From Cyanobacteria bacterium P01_D01_bin.156 (GTDB taxonomy: Bacteria > Cyanobacteriota > Cyanobacteriia > Phormidesmidales > Phormidesmidaceae), in NCBI GenBank assembly GCA_039024555.1, contig JBCCQQ010000016.1, forward strand, positions 39,372-103,371: a DNA stretch of 64,000 nt, written 5' to 3'. Below are positions 1 through 11,700 of this stretch, in pieces. The notes beneath the pieces were generated by a model. The model saw only the letters and a program-made list of their open reading frames with translations, made no database searches and was not told the origin of the DNA. The translations under genes and the position numbers were made by a program. Position 1 is the first letter of the stretch, and the number at the start of each line of letters is the position of its first letter.

Positions 1-1
1 A

Positions 2-244
2 CTGCGTCCCCATGATGTCCATGGAAAAAATGTCATGATGCACCACGGACGGGGATTAGTTGTTGATATTTCAGATTTTTTACGTCCGGGCTCTGGTTCC
101 GCATGGCACGACCTCAAACTTTTTTATTATTGGCTTTATCGACCCATTATCTCTCCTCTAAAAGTTTCCGTTCCATTATTTCTATTAGATGCTACACGGG
201 GACTGTATCGATGGGTGCGGGTTTTGTTAAAGCGAAAAGCCTAG
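2..244 (+). CDS. 3' end of a Ser/Thr protein kinase-like gene (truncated by window start)
   Basis: Frame 2 is open from base 2 and reads LRPHDVHGKNVMMHHGRGLVVDISDF. HDVHGKNVM resembles a kinase catalytic loop and VDISDF a DFG-like motif. Confidence 0.6.
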   Translation: MRPHDVHGKNVMMHHGRGLVVDISDFLRPGSGSAWHDLKLFYYWLYRPIISPLKVSVPLFLLDATRGLYRWVRVLLKRKA

Positions 245-260
245 CCAGAAACTAATTTTT

Positions 261-351
261 GCTGTTGCTGATTTACGGGATGGACCGATCTGACAACGCT
301 CGACTGTGCCAGACGCTTTCAGAAAAAAACATCCCTAGGATTAGCAACGCC
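261..351 (+). mobile_element. Short inverted-repeat (MITE-like) element, copy 1
   Basis: GCTGTTGCTGATTTACGGGATG...CATCCCTAGGATTAGCAACGCC, flanked on both sides by TAATTTTT (253-260 and 352-359), an exact 8-bp duplication. Confidence 0.7.
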
Positions 352-553
352 TAATTTTTGATAGGGCCATCTCCTCAATAAATTGGCCATAGCAGACTCT
401 TCAGTATTTCTTACTAGGTCCCGACGTAATTACAAAACTAAGAATACTTAATTTGACTTTTATTGATACCGAAGGACAAGTTTAGGGAAAACAGTATTCA
501 GAAGACTGTTCTAACTATTGTTGTATAACTATTTTGCACAGGCTTTTGTTATC

Positions 554-568
554 AATGCACCGTGCATT
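554..568. promoter_or_regulatory. Palindrome upstream of the sheath gene, possible operator
   Basis: AATGCAC-C-GTGCATT, a perfect 7-bp inverted repeat ~125 bp before the sheath ATG. Function is not known. Confidence 0.25.
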
Positions 569-693
569 TGGTAACTAAACCTAATGGGTAATCCAGCATT
601 TTCTCATTTCGTTCGTTGAAACGATAATTCTCTCCCGTTAGACAGAAAAACACTACAGACACTACAGATTGATCTGGATGGAGGATAGCTAAT

Positions 694-2406
694 ATGGCCT
701 TAGATTACTTTGCGCCTGGTGTATACGTTGAAGAAGTCGATCGCGGTAGTCGCCCCATTGAAGGGGTGAGTATGAGCGTTGCTGGTTTTGTGGGCTTCAC
801 CGAAGATGTGCGCGGCGATGCCGAACTGTTCGAGCCCATGATGATCACCAATTGGGCGCAGTATCTAGAGTTTTTTGGTAAACCTGGCTCCGATGGTTTT
901 ACTGATTTTGGGGCCTATCTTCCCTTTGCGGTTCAAGGCTGGTTTCTAAACGGCGGTGGCCGCTGCTGGGTTGTTAGCATTGGTACTCAGCTACCGGGTT
1001 CTCCTAAGCCTGTGGCCGCAGACCATGCAACAAAACTGATTACCTCCAGTGGTAAGCCTTCTCTTTCTTTCTATCTCAAGGCTTCTGAGTCAGAAGAAGG
1101 GGGTACTTTGGCCCTGCCCTCTAGCACCGGTCGTCTGACGGTCAGTGTCTTGGATGGTGGCCCCAAACCTCTGCCTGAGGATGCTCCTGAAGATGCGGAC
1201 CCCCCCCTTAATAATGGCGAATATTTTACCGTTGTGGTGAGAAACGGGGACGACATTCTTGAGCGGTATGATCACCTGACCATGAACCCAGAGGCGGAGA
1301 CGGCGCTAGCAGACTATGCTGTTGCCCAGCTGGAATCTTCTGAGTATATTGTCATTGGCGATATTTCCCAGTCGGGTCAGGCCCTCTCCCGTCGTCCGGC
1401 CAACGGCTCTTATGAAATTGCACCGCCTCCCTATGTCGGTGAACCCGATCGCTTTAACCGCGATCTCCAAGGAAATCGTGATGACCGTACCGGTATTCAA
1501 GGTCTATACGAGATTGATGAAGTCTCCATGGTGGCCTGTCCCGATCTGCTCCTAGCCTATGAGTGTGGTTTGATCGATATTGACCAGGTACACGGTGTCA
1601 TGGAAATGATGCTGAGCATGTGTGAGAATTCCTTCCCTGGACCGGCTTATCGGATGGCCGTGATTGATCCTCCTCCGGTGAAGCCTGGGAAGAGCATGAC
1701 TCCCGTTGACCCCAGCCGTCAGCGCCCTGCGGATGCTGCTAAATGGTTGAGCATGTTCAATCGTCGCTCCATGTTTGGTGCTACCTATTATCCCTGGATT
1801 AAGGTGGCTGATCCTCGCAACGGTGGACGTCCCAAGCTGGTTCCTCCTTCTGGCCACATGATGGGTATTTGGTGCCGCACCGATGAGTCTCGCGGTGTGT
1901 TTAAGGCCCCTGCGAACGAAACTCCTCGGGGTGTGATTGGTCTGGCCTACGAGACCAATATGCGCGAGCAGGAGTTGTTGAACCCCTTAGGCATTAACTG
2001 TATTCGTAACTTTGCTAGTTACAACCGTGGCTTAAAAGTGTGGGGGGCTCGTACCCTGGTGGAGCCCGACAATGTACAGTGGCGCTACATCAGTGTCCGT
2101 CGGTTGTTGAGCTACATCGAGAAGTCCATTGAAATCGGGACCCAGTGGGTTGTTTTTGAGCCTAACGATCCAGATCTGTGGGCTCGGGTTACTCGCACCG
2201 TGAGTAATTTCCTAGAAAGACTCTGGCGAGAAGGAGCTTTGTTTGGCTCATCTCCTTCTGAATCGTTCTACGTAAAGTGTGATGGTGAACTGAATACCCA
2301 TGACACAATTATGCTAGGCCGACTATATGTGGAAGTTGGTGTCTGCCCCGTGAGACCGGCAGAATTTGTAATCTTCCGCATTAGTCAGTGGGCTCCTAAC
2401 CAGTAA
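694..2406 (+). CDS. eCIS contractile tail sheath protein (phage tail sheath family)
   Basis: N-terminal APGVYVEEV and C-terminal VWGARTL, WRYISVRR, WVVFEPND and PVRPAEFVIFRI sheath motifs. GGAGGA RBS upstream. Confidence 0.95.
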   Translation: MALDYFAPGVYVEEVDRGSRPIEGVSMSVAGFVGFTEDVRGDAELFEPMMITNWAQYLEFFGKPGSDGFTDFGAYLPFAVQGWFLNGGGRCWVVSIGTQLPGSPKPVAADHATKLITSSGKPSLSFYLKASESEEGGTLALPSSTGRLTVSVLDGGPKPLPEDAPEDADPPLNNGEYFTVVVRNGDDILERYDHLTMNPEAETALADYAVAQLESSEYIVIGDISQSGQALSRRPANGSYEIAPPPYVGEPDRFNRDLQGNRDDRTGIQGLYEIDEVSMVACPDLLLAYECGLIDIDQVHGVMEMMLSMCENSFPGPAYRMAVIDPPPVKPGKSMTPVDPSRQRPADAAKWLSMFNRRSMFGATYYPWIKVADPRNGGRPKLVPPSGHMMGIWCRTDESRGVFKAPANETPRGVIGLAYETNMREQELLNPLGINCIRNFASYNRGLKVWGARTLVEPDNVQWRYISVRRLLSYIEKSIEIGTQWVVFEPNDPDLWARVTRTVSNFLERLWREGALFGSSPSESFYVKCDGELNTHDTIMLGRLYVEVGVCPVRPAEFVIFRISQWAPNQ

Positions 2407-2442
2407 GGTTTAGCGGAGAATCTGAGAATCTCCAAACACTCC

Positions 2443-2478
2443 CATTCCCTCCTTTGCTCTCCTTTTTAGGGGGGGATG
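2443..2478 (+). terminator. Stem-loop after the sheath gene (terminator or mRNA stabiliser)
   Basis: CATTCCCTCCT pairs with AGGGGGGGATG (11 bp including G-U). No U-tract follows. Confidence 0.3.
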
Positions 2479-2514
2479 AAACAAACGCCATTACTGCAAA
2501 CGCCGTAAAACAAT

Positions 2515-2601
2515 GCCGTTGCTGATTTAGAGGATGAAACGATCTATAAAACTGATCAGTTGTCTAGATATGACAAATCCATCCCGAGGATCAGCAACGC
2601 C
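2515..2601 (+). mobile_element. MITE-like inverted-repeat element, copy 2
   Basis: GCCGTTGCTGATTTAGAGGATG...CATCCCGAGGATCAGCAACGCC. Flanks AAAACAAT/AAAAAAAA (6/8). Ends 35 bp before the tube gene ATG. Confidence 0.7.
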
Positions 2602-2636
2602 AAAAAAAATCAACAGAATGATAAGGAGGTAGACTC

Positions 2637-3134
2637 ATGTCTGATCTAACTAAACCCATTGCCCCCAGTAGTTTTTACATAGAACTTGCTGGTGTGTGTG
2701 AAGGAGAACAGTCCGTTTTCAAAAATGTTAATATTCCTGACTATGCCCCTAAGGTTCAAGGGGGACAGCAGGCCATTGGCACCACTAAGGGGGGTAAAAC
2801 CATTTGGCAGGTGAATACCGCAGGTTTTGAAGGGTTGTTTAATTTTGACTGTGTGTGTATTGCCAGCGGCGATGGTGATAGCACCAGTAAAAAGCTCTAT
2901 GAATGGTTCGAAAATTGTTTACCCGCTTCCAATGGGGGCAAAAGCAACTGGGGTGGCAATAAAAAAGAAGGCAGTATTACTGCCTACGACACTGACGGCA
3001 ATGAAGTTGCTAAGTGGATGTTTGTTGAGGCTTGGCCTTCTAAGTATAAGTGTGCCGATCTCGATGTGAGTGCTGATGCTTATATCGAAGAGACTTACAC
3101 CATTACCTGCGAGAAATTTAATCGGGTTTTGTAG
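2637..3134 (+). CDS. eCIS tail tube protein (T4 gp19-like), divergent paralogue 1
   Basis: F.IE N-terminus, LYEW, KEGSITAYDTDGNEVAKWMFVEAWPSKY and IEETYTITCE match the gp19 pattern. Follows the sheath gene. AAGGAGGT RBS. Confidence 0.85.
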   Translation: MSDLTKPIAPSSFYIELAGVCEGEQSVFKNVNIPDYAPKVQGGQQAIGTTKGGKTIWQVNTAGFEGLFNFDCVCIASGDGDSTSKKLYEWFENCLPASNGGKSNWGGNKKEGSITAYDTDGNEVAKWMFVEAWPSKYKCADLDVSADAYIEETYTITCEKFNRVL

Positions 3135-3156
3135 TGGACCTTTAGGTAAATCAGGA

Positions 3157-3207
3157 GCCGTTGCTGATTTAGGGGATCAAACAATCCATTTGAGGATCAG
3201 CAACGCC
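3157..3207 (+). mobile_element. MITE-like inverted-repeat element, copy 3
   Basis: GCCGTTGCTGATTTAGGGGAT-CAAACA-ATCCATTTGAGGATCAGCAACGCC. Flanks AATCAGGA/AATCAAGA (7/8). Ends 27 bp before an ATG. Confidence 0.7.
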
Positions 3208-3234
3208 AATCAAGAAAATAGTTGAGAACAGATC

Positions 3235-3717
3235 ATGGTTCAATATTGTACAAATTCAAAATTTTACTTCGAGATTGATGGTGTCACAGGTTTATCAGTG
3301 AAAACCTGTACCGGTCCTGAGATTGAGCTTGAGGTAGCAGGTGGCGATACTGCCATCGGTGTGACTAAAAATGCCATTACCCAAACCCAATCCACCATCG
3401 GCGGTGTGAAATACAACAGCACCATTACCCTCACCTATGTAGCGGGTAACGAATCTGATCACCAAAAACTATCGGACTGGTACAACGATTGTCATCCAGA
3501 TACTTACTCAGGTGGTGGTTCCAAAGCCATGGACAGTCGCAAAACAGGCTCTCTCGTGGTTTATAATCCCAATGGTGAAGAGGCCATGCGCTATAACTTT
3601 ATCGATCTGTTTCCAGGAACCAAAAAACAAATTGGTAGCCTTTCGGTAGACAGCGGCGGCAGTCTGGCTGAAGATACTCTGGAGCTATACTTCACCCAGG
3701 TTATTCGGGCAGCTTAG
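3235..3717 (+). CDS. eCIS tail tube protein (gp19-like), divergent paralogue 2
   Basis: KFYFEIDG, LSDW, RKTGSLVVYNPNGEEAMRYNF..LFP and EDTLEL follow the gp19-like pattern. Confidence 0.8.
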   Translation: MVQYCTNSKFYFEIDGVTGLSVKTCTGPEIELEVAGGDTAIGVTKNAITQTQSTIGGVKYNSTITLTYVAGNESDHQKLSDWYNDCHPDTYSGGGSKAMDSRKTGSLVVYNPNGEEAMRYNFIDLFPGTKKQIGSLSVDSGGSLAEDTLELYFTQVIRAA

Positions 3718-3722
3718 CGACT

Positions 3723-4247
3723 ATGTTTCCTGAGATTTTAACCAAGGCCCGCTTTTATTTAGAACTTAGGCTGGATGGTAGCGTTGACCTGATTGATGGT
3801 TATTTTATGGAGTGTAATGGCTTCCAGCGATCGCAAGATGTGATTGAGATCTGTGAAGTCACTCCCCAGGTATGGGGTCAGCAGGGCCGCAGCCACGGCC
3901 ATGTAGTTCGTTCCAAAATTCCTGGTAACAGTTCTTACACCAACATTACCCTCAAACGAGGGCTAACGGTATCTACCGCTTTTTGGGACTGGATGGATAC
4001 CATCGGTGAAGGCAATTGGGATGCCCAACGGCGCAATGGAGCCTTGTGTATCTATGGGCAATCTGGTCTCGAACAGTTTCGATTTGAGTTTACCGGAGCT
4101 TGGCCCGTTAGCTACAAAATCTCTGATCTCGATGTTAAGGGCGCGGATCATAATGTCGAAGAAGTGGAGATTGCTGTAGAGTCGCTCAAGCGAGTATCCG
4201 ATGAATGGATGTTAGGAGCCGCTGCCCTGAGTATGGCCATGAGCTAA
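3723..4247 (+). CDS. eCIS tail tube protein (gp19 family), paralogue 3
   Basis: RFYLEL, FMECNG, PG...YTNITLKRG, FWDW, RRNG, FEFTGAWPVSY and EEVEIAVE. Confidence 0.9.
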   Translation: MFPEILTKARFYLELRLDGSVDLIDGYFMECNGFQRSQDVIEICEVTPQVWGQQGRSHGHVVRSKIPGNSSYTNITLKRGLTVSTAFWDWMDTIGEGNWDAQRRNGALCIYGQSGLEQFRFEFTGAWPVSYKISDLDVKGADHNVEEVEIAVESLKRVSDEWMLGAAALSMAMS

Positions 4248-4383
4248 CAACCTGGAAAAGAGACTATTTCCGCCCCGTCTGCACAGGGCAGGGCGGTATC
4301 AACATTGACTCCAACCATCGCCAACTTCTCTTCAAAAGAGCCTGTACTGTCCCCTCTGCTAAACCTTTTTCTCTTAAGGAACC

Positions 4384-4809
4384 ATGGTTGCTATTCAAAT
4401 TTCGAATGACTTGGGGCTACCGTCACCAAAGGCAAAGCCCTCTATTCAGCCCATTGTCTCCCCCCCGGTAAACATCCCCGATAGTCCACCAAAACCATCG
4501 GTTAGTGTAACCTCTGGCCTAAGAACAGAATTCACGTTTGAACTGCCCACAGGCTATGCCGACGCCACAGGACAGCTGCATCATCGAGGTGTCATGCGTC
4601 TGGCCCGCACCGTAGATGAAATTGAACCCATGTCTGATCCACGGGTCCAGGCCAATCCGGCCTACGCCACCGTGATTATTTTGGCACGGGTGATTTTATC
4701 CCTGGGTTCGCTGCCAGAGGTGAGCCCCATTGTGATTGAGCACCTGTTTGCAGGCGATCTTAACTACCTACAAAACTTCTACCGAGAGATTAATAATCTG
4801 ATGGAGTAG
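4384..4809 (+). CDS. Conserved eCIS tail-assembly (chaperone-like) protein
   Basis: TEFTFELPTGY.D..G.LH..GVMRLA...DEI.P..DPRV..NPAY..VIILARVI is typical of the small gene that follows tube genes in actinobacterial/cyanobacterial eCIS loci. Confidence 0.75.
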   Translation: MVAIQISNDLGLPSPKAKPSIQPIVSPPVNIPDSPPKPSVSVTSGLRTEFTFELPTGYADATGQLHHRGVMRLARTVDEIEPMSDPRVQANPAYATVIILARVILSLGSLPEVSPIVIEHLFAGDLNYLQNFYREINNLME

Positions 4810-4812
4810 ACC

Positions 4813-5076
4813 ATGGCACAGTTAGATTTGGGGACCGGAGCTGAGCAAGCAACCTTTTTGCCCCCCAATGGTTCGATTTCTAATCCAGTGGGGTTTGTGG
4901 GGCCAGCGATTTTGCAAAGCACCCATACTTTAGAGGTGAAACGCATGATGGCGAAAGTGGCGGTACAGTTAGCCAATGATCCGATGGCGATGGAACAGTT
5001 TTGCGATCGCATCCACCAGTTACTTCGGGATGACCTGCAAGCCCAACAAGAACGAGCCAGTGGGAGACGCCATTAA
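4813..5076 (+). CDS. Small eCIS-associated hypothetical protein
   Basis: Tightly coupled (3 bp after the previous stop; its stop overlaps the next ATG). C-terminal helix DRIHQLLRDDLQAQQER. Confidence 0.65.
   Translation: MAQLDLGTGAEQATFLPPNGSISNPVGFVGPAILQSTHTLEVKRMMAKVAVQLANDPMAMEQFCDRIHQLLRDDLQAQQERASGRRH
5003..5010. repeat. HIP1 octamer GCGATCGC (example; dispersed across the window)
   Basis: Also at 8743, 11063, 20142, 20271, 26601, 37742 and elsewhere. HIP1 is a known cyanobacterial genome signature. Confidence 0.9.
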
Positions 5077-5672
5077 TGTTTAACGAGCTACTTGCCGCCA
5101 ACCAGTTAGGCACCTCTATCTATGGTGATCTATACGGCGACAGCCGCAGCACTACGTCCAACGCCGCCGATTACATCACCACCAATCGATTTTACGTAGA
5201 AATTGAAAGCAAAATCACCGCCTGTTTTACCGAATGCAGTGGCCTAGGCGTCACCATTAACAGAGAAACTGTTGCTGAAGGAGGACTCAATGATCAACAA
5301 CGAATTTTACTCGGAACCCCTGAGTTTAAGGACGTCACCCTCAAACGCGGCATTAGCGGCAATCAAGTGTTCTGGGACTGGATTAGTGCACTATTTCAAC
5401 CCCGTACCTCAGGGACCAGTCTCAACCAATACCGACGCAACATTAACATTTTGGTCTTTAACCAGGCCGGACACACTCAACAATGTTGGACCCTGATTGG
5501 TGCAGTCCCAGTGGGGTGGCAAGCACCTTCTCTCCAGGCCGATGGTAGCGCTGTTGCCATTGAAGAACTCACCTTGGCCTATGAGGGGTTAAATGTCACC
5601 TTTGGCAGCGGCGGTGGTGGTGCCACTATGCTAACCAGTCGTTCTGACACCGGGTACTTTGCGAGTAAATAG
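5076..5672 (+). CDS. eCIS tube-like protein (gp19 family, Afp5-like position), paralogue 4
   Basis: NRFYVEI, FTECSGL, EGGLN, VTLKRG, FWDW, W.LIGAVPVGW and AIEELTLAYEG. Confidence 0.9.
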   Translation: MFNELLAANQLGTSIYGDLYGDSRSTTSNAADYITTNRFYVEIESKITACFTECSGLGVTINRETVAEGGLNDQQRILLGTPEFKDVTLKRGISGNQVFWDWISALFQPRTSGTSLNQYRRNINILVFNQAGHTQQCWTLIGAVPVGWQAPSLQADGSAVAIEELTLAYEGLNVTFGSGGGGATMLTSRSDTGYFASK

Positions 5673-5742
5673 GGCTGCGCGATGTCAAAGCTAAAGGTTG
5701 ATTCTAGGACAGGATGTGGTGGGTAGGAAACAAAGTTAAATA

Positions 5743-8700
5743 ATGGCAAAATCTCTAGGCCATACATCCCCATTAGGTATCGCTCGTTCCCTAGGCAGTT
5801 GGGTCCAAAGACGTTCGTTGGGGTCTATCCCCCTATCGATCCTTGATCTAAAAACATTTTATCCTCAAGGTTTTCCTGTTGTCCCTTCAGATAATTTAAC
5901 AACACAACCTGTAGAAACAACATCTAGCGAAAACACGGTTGCTCGTCAGGTCGATGCTGCCCCTCTCGAAAACGCAGCAGCTCAGAAATCTTTAGCTTCC
6001 GCAGAGCCAGCAGTTCCCTTCAGAAATCAACTGCAGCATTATTTTTCATCTGAGGCAACAGCTCCAAAGAACAATGTAGATAACGTCTCTAACCAAACCA
6101 GAGTCAATAGGAGCATACTCTCTGAGAGCGTATCACCACCTACTGATATCCCCGCAGAGGCACAAACAAACCAGACTTCTGCAACGCCGCCGCAAGATGA
6201 TTCAAGGCTAGCTCAAGAAAATCCTGTACAAGCTACTGAAACTGACCATAGTCAGCGCTTGGCTGCCAATATTTTCCCAGCAGTACAAAATACAGATGTT
6301 GGTAATTCTTTCCAATCTCCAACCGTAGAAGTCCCAGCAGCATCCTCGGTACAGTCTGACAGCAGTGCTATACAGCGAACAGTATCTGACACTATTGAGT
6401 CATTCACTGCAGACGATATTTCACCTCAGATTACTAACAACAGTAACCATACTCAATTTTTAACCGAGGATTCTCCAAACCCTACTAAGCAGTCCAATAG
6501 CGAAACGATAGAATCTGCTGCTACGTCTGATGAGATTACGACATCAGACGACTCTCACAACAGCTCTAAAAGTCCGGGCGGAACTACTCAATTCTTGTCA
6601 GAAGAAAATCTTTCAGAATCTTTAATACAGCCTAAAAGTAAACCTGTACAACGAACACCATCTGACAATATTCAGTTATCGGCTACAGACAGTGTTTCAC
6701 TATCGAGCACAGATAAGCTAAATCCTGTTCAATCTCTTACAGAAAGTCCTCAACGAGGATCTGTAGACCAGTCTGAGCATGAAACTATACAACGTACTAT
6801 CTCGCCTCAGAAGCGGACTACGGAGAGTTCTCAACAGCCTTTTACACATACGGCGAAAGGGAATCAATCCCTGCAAAAGAGCTCTCAATCAGAGCTAATA
6901 ACACAGTCCGATGGCAATAAACATATATTGTCGCAGACTCCAGCAGACAAGCCTCAGTTAGACTCTTTTTCATCATCTAATGATAACAGTAGTCATTCCT
7001 CTGTGGCCAATAGTTCTCAATCATCAGTTTCTGAAATTGCTCAATCGATTCATAATCTACAGCCACCTTCACATCAGCCCAATCCTCTACAGCGGGTGAC
7101 GAGCAATTCATCATCACCACCTACTCCAGGTACTGCACCCAGCAATACATTGCCACCTATTGGACCGACGCTCACTGATATTAATCAGTCCATTCAAAGT
7201 CTGCGCAACCCCACACTGCAGCGAGCGACTGATTTGCCTCATAGCAGCAGTACAGAAAATCAGGCACCATCATCAAACACTCAAGCTACAACCTCTGTAT
7301 CCAAAGAACAACTTTCCCATCATACTGCTCCAGCAAACTCTACTGATGTGGAACAGTCCGCTATTCAAAGAACCCAAGACAGTTTAGAATCGTCACCGCC
7401 TGAAACCGTTTATCCTGCGAGTTCAGCGGATAAATCGTTACCAGATCAGCAAAGCTATCTACAGAAACAAACGCTGTCTGAGGCACCATCAATCGAGCAA
7501 ACGCAGTCAGTTAACGTTGAGTTTACGACACTTCAGCGAACGTCTGATCGAAGTAAGTCCGGCACTATAGAATCATCCCCAGCATTACCAACAAACGAAA
7601 CTCACCCATCTTTTATGAGTGACGCATCTGGGGACATTTTTCCAGACGTGGGCAATATTCAGCGGCATACATCTGATGACAGAAGAATATCTGTACAACA
7701 ATCGACTGCATCAGATACATCTGACGTTTTACAAACTACCTCTGCCAATCTAGAGCAGAAGAATATAAATAACAGACCATTTTTATCTAACGCCATCTCA
7801 TCAGAGTCTGTCCAACGTTCTTTAACAGAATCTGGCACCAGCCAAAACAGTACAACGAGTGTAGATGAGGCGTATCCTTCCACCCAGAACCCAGCAAGAC
7901 AGTCTGTATCTACAGAGAGTTCTGCAGTTGCCCGTACAATTGAGGCGAATACACAGATTCAAAAATCGGAGAATCATTCGGCCCAGAGCTCCGCAGATAG
8001 TAAGTTGGGTTTGCATCAGGGCTCAAGTAGCAGTGAATCTAAAACTGACTCATTAGATAGTATTCAAGGGACTATCGCCTCAATAGAAACAGCCTCAAAT
8101 ACTGACGCTGTTAGACTTCAGCGTCAAGTTTTCGAGCAGTCTGTTCCTGAAGATACGCCTGAATTGTACCGTGCTGGTGATCAATTTACCTCTGAGACAG
8201 CTTCTGAGGATACTTTTCAAAAGGCCAATGTTTCGTCGAGTGAAGCTCCGGCAAATTCTATCCAACGGTCAGAGGATGCCCAATCTACGCCTAGCTCCAG
8301 CTTTAGCACTTCTCAGGAAATCACTACTGATAAGGCTACATCAGTTCAACGAACAACTCAGTCTGAATTAAATCCAATACCTGATACCGAAAAATCTGCA
8401 ACAGCGCCTTCCTTTACACAACACGATATTGATCAAGGCACTAACCAGCCTTTAACATCCCCTAACGACTGGAGAGGTACTGACACGTCTGCTGAGCAAG
8501 TTACCCCCCAAACACATCAGTCTAAACCAGTCATTCAGCGACAGTCGGGTGATACCCATTCAGATACTAGTTTGCCCACTCAGAATTCCAGTCTGGAGAT
8601 TCCTAATACTTTACGAACAGACAGTCAGTCGATCGCAAACGCGTCAGAACTGTCTACACAACAGACAGATGTAACTGTACAACAGGCTTCTAATACTGCA

Positions 8701-11700
8701 GAAGTTAGTCAGGCCCATGCAAAAGATGCTTTAGAGGGAAGTGCGATCGCATCTACCTTCCACCAGCAAAGTAGCCCTACACAACTTCAACGCTCTATAT
8801 CAATTGATAATTCACAGCCTACGGAAATACCTGTTACTCAGAATAAGGAACATAGGTTATCTAACCTTGAACCGTTATCAACCTCGGCTCATCAAACCGT
8901 TGTACAACAGTCTATCGAAACAATAGCTCACGAAATAAAAGACCTACCTGTACAAAAACAACCTGTTAGTTCGGTAGAGGATAGTGAGATCGCACCCTCT
9001 CCTCCTCATTTAATAGAAGCATCAACGGAGGCTATCTCAGAAATTCAAAGATCTCCACAGCCAGCTAACTTAGGAAAGATATTTGGAGATATCTCACCCG
9101 TTGAAATATCCTCAGACCGTCAGATATCTAGCTTAGATAGCCAGGTTAATTATAATCCTGTTCATAATTCCGCTGAGTTAGTTCAACGAGCTACTGAGGA
9201 ACATACTGTAAGTACTGAAGACATCCATATTCCCCATCAAACCTTCCCTCACTCTGACGAAAGGTCTCAGGAAACCGCAACAAATCTTCCTGCCCAGTCT
9301 TCTCCATCAGATTTTGGTAATGCAGATGTGATTCACCGAGAATTAGAATCACCTGAGTCCATATCCCACAGCCACAGCCAACCGGACTCTGCTCAGCCTG
9401 TCACAGTCAATCCTGTAGATGGCTATATTTCTCAATCACAAGCCCTATCTCAAGATGTAACCCTACAGCGCTCATTAAATGAGAACACGATATCAGCTGT
9501 AGAGTCTGAATCCTTTAACGCTTTAACAGTATCTAATCAAAATCTTTCCAAGACAACAACTGGTCAGATTTCTATTCAAAGGAGTATCGAGCAGACTAAT
9601 ACCGTAGAGCCTGACTCCTTTGAATCTTTGACGGAACTCGATCAAAACCCTTCTAGTACGATAGCTGACCAGACTTCGCTCCAAAGAAACCCTGAGCATA
9701 TTAGTACTGTAGAATCCGACTCCTTTACATCTTTAACGTTACCTGATCAAAACTCTTCTAATACAACAGCTGGCCAGACTTCTATTCAAAGAAGCCCCGA
9801 GGATATTAATACTGCCGTAGCCGCCGAAACCATATCTACATCAGAGGCTTTTTCTCCGTTACCTGATCAGACAGCAACCTCTCCTGCCCAACCTGTTTCT
9901 TCTTCACTACAACGATCGGTAGACTCTGCTACAGCTGCTTCCACTAATAGAGAGGCTAGTAATGCCTTATCCCAAGACACTTTCTCAGGGGAATTGGATG
10001 CCTCAAACGTACTCAGCGTCGATGACGTTACGTCAAATACTATTCAACGATCAACCAATGGGTCTGTGGAGTCTCAACAAAAGCTATTATCAACGGACAA
10101 TTCGTTGCTTGACTCACCCGTTTTGGGCCAGACTTCAGCTTCTCCAGACTTACACCAACCTGTTGCTAAGGCTCATGACATTACAACAGATGCCATCCAG
10201 CGATCAATCAATACACCTATCGATTCTCAGCAACAGCAACCATCGACACTTACCACGACTGCGGATAGCAAACATTCTCCAGAGTTAAGACAGTCAGAAA
10301 ATTCACAAAATCTTCCTAACACTGTCGATCTTGCCCATACTCTTCAGCGTCAAGCCGATAGCTCGACAGAGATTTCCTCACACCCAAGTGATGTTAAACC
10401 GACTATCACAGATGATAAGCAAACCGATGCCCAGATTGACTCACCCAAACTAACTGACAGACAAGGAGCCCACCCATCCCATGGCCAGGAAATTGCTATT
10501 CAGCGAGAACCGAGCGACTCGATAGATGGTGTTGTTGGCCACATGTTGCAGGATTCATCGATACAGTTTGAAGATCTTGATGGCAGCGTTACTTCCATAG
10601 AACCCAACCAGCCTATAACGTCGGTTGTTCCTAATACGTTAGAGAATACATCTGATACTCAAGTACAACGGTCTTTGTCTCCTCAGCAAACGAATACAAA
10701 GATCCAACCATCTGAATCCAGTATCAGTCAATCAACTGAGGTAGCAGATCTTAGTCAAGGTTCTAGCACAGATGCACCAAACCCTAGCAAAGTGCAGCGC
10801 TCCTTAACTGAACCTGGCAGACAGGATATAGATATATCGGCTCAGGAAATAGCAAAGTCTCCATCAACAGCCTCCCAGACGATTTCTTCAGAGACAGCAG
10901 ACGTTAGTAACTTTCCACCACTTTCAGAGGTTCTATCTGCGTCCTCATCCATCGAACAACCTATGCAGGATGAAGCGACCACCCATCCATGGAGCGCCTA
11001 TCAAACAGATTCAACTCACATCAGCCATAGCCAGCCTGGCCAAGATACTGTTCAACGAGCTAGCGATCGCAACTCCCCCATAAGCAACAACCCCTCCCCT
11101 AGCGAACCGTTACGGTCCCATTCCCCACAGACAGCTCAACCCCGCACTGAAAACAGTACAGATATTAGTCAGCAACCATCAATAGAGGCAAACACCCTTC
11201 AGCGCACCTCTACGCCTGGCAATCGTCTAAACAATCGCCTAGAGCCAACTCCAGTACAAAATATTCCTTTCCAAGAGACTCAAACTACGGAGCCAATATC
11301 AGTGTCTGAGTCAGCATTGGAACCTCCAAACACAGTCCAATTTGAGCATGAGCCATCTGTTCAAGGGGAAATCAACCCAGCACAAACAAATTATTCACAG
11401 CCGTCAGGCTCCAGGATACAACGATCTGCTGAGGGTTTGAATGCCAATAAGCCGCCTTTCATGCAATCATCTTCCCATGAGAATCAACTAACATCTGAAG
11501 TCCAGTCTTCAGCAGATTTGAATCCTACACAGGGCAACTCTCTACAGAAATCTTCTACGTCTGATGCCATTGACTCTCAGGAATCAATGGAACGTTATCC
11601 ATCTATTCAATGGGATGCTGACTCCATTGAGCAAACATTAGATACACAGGACACAACAATAGCCAATAGCCCACAGCAATTATCAGACTCCAGTCGGTTT

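Noticed and set aside
650..669. ACACTACAGA tandem duplication before the sheath RBS, and CAAACGCC x2 at 2482-2504
   Set aside because: Too short to distinguish from slippage or chance.
261..3207. Repeated GTTGCTGA...TCAGCAAC units as a CRISPR array or integron attC sites
   Set aside because: The units are separated by whole genes rather than 30-40 bp spacers, no cas or integrase gene is in the window, and the ends do not follow the attC RYYYAAC...GTTRRRY order.
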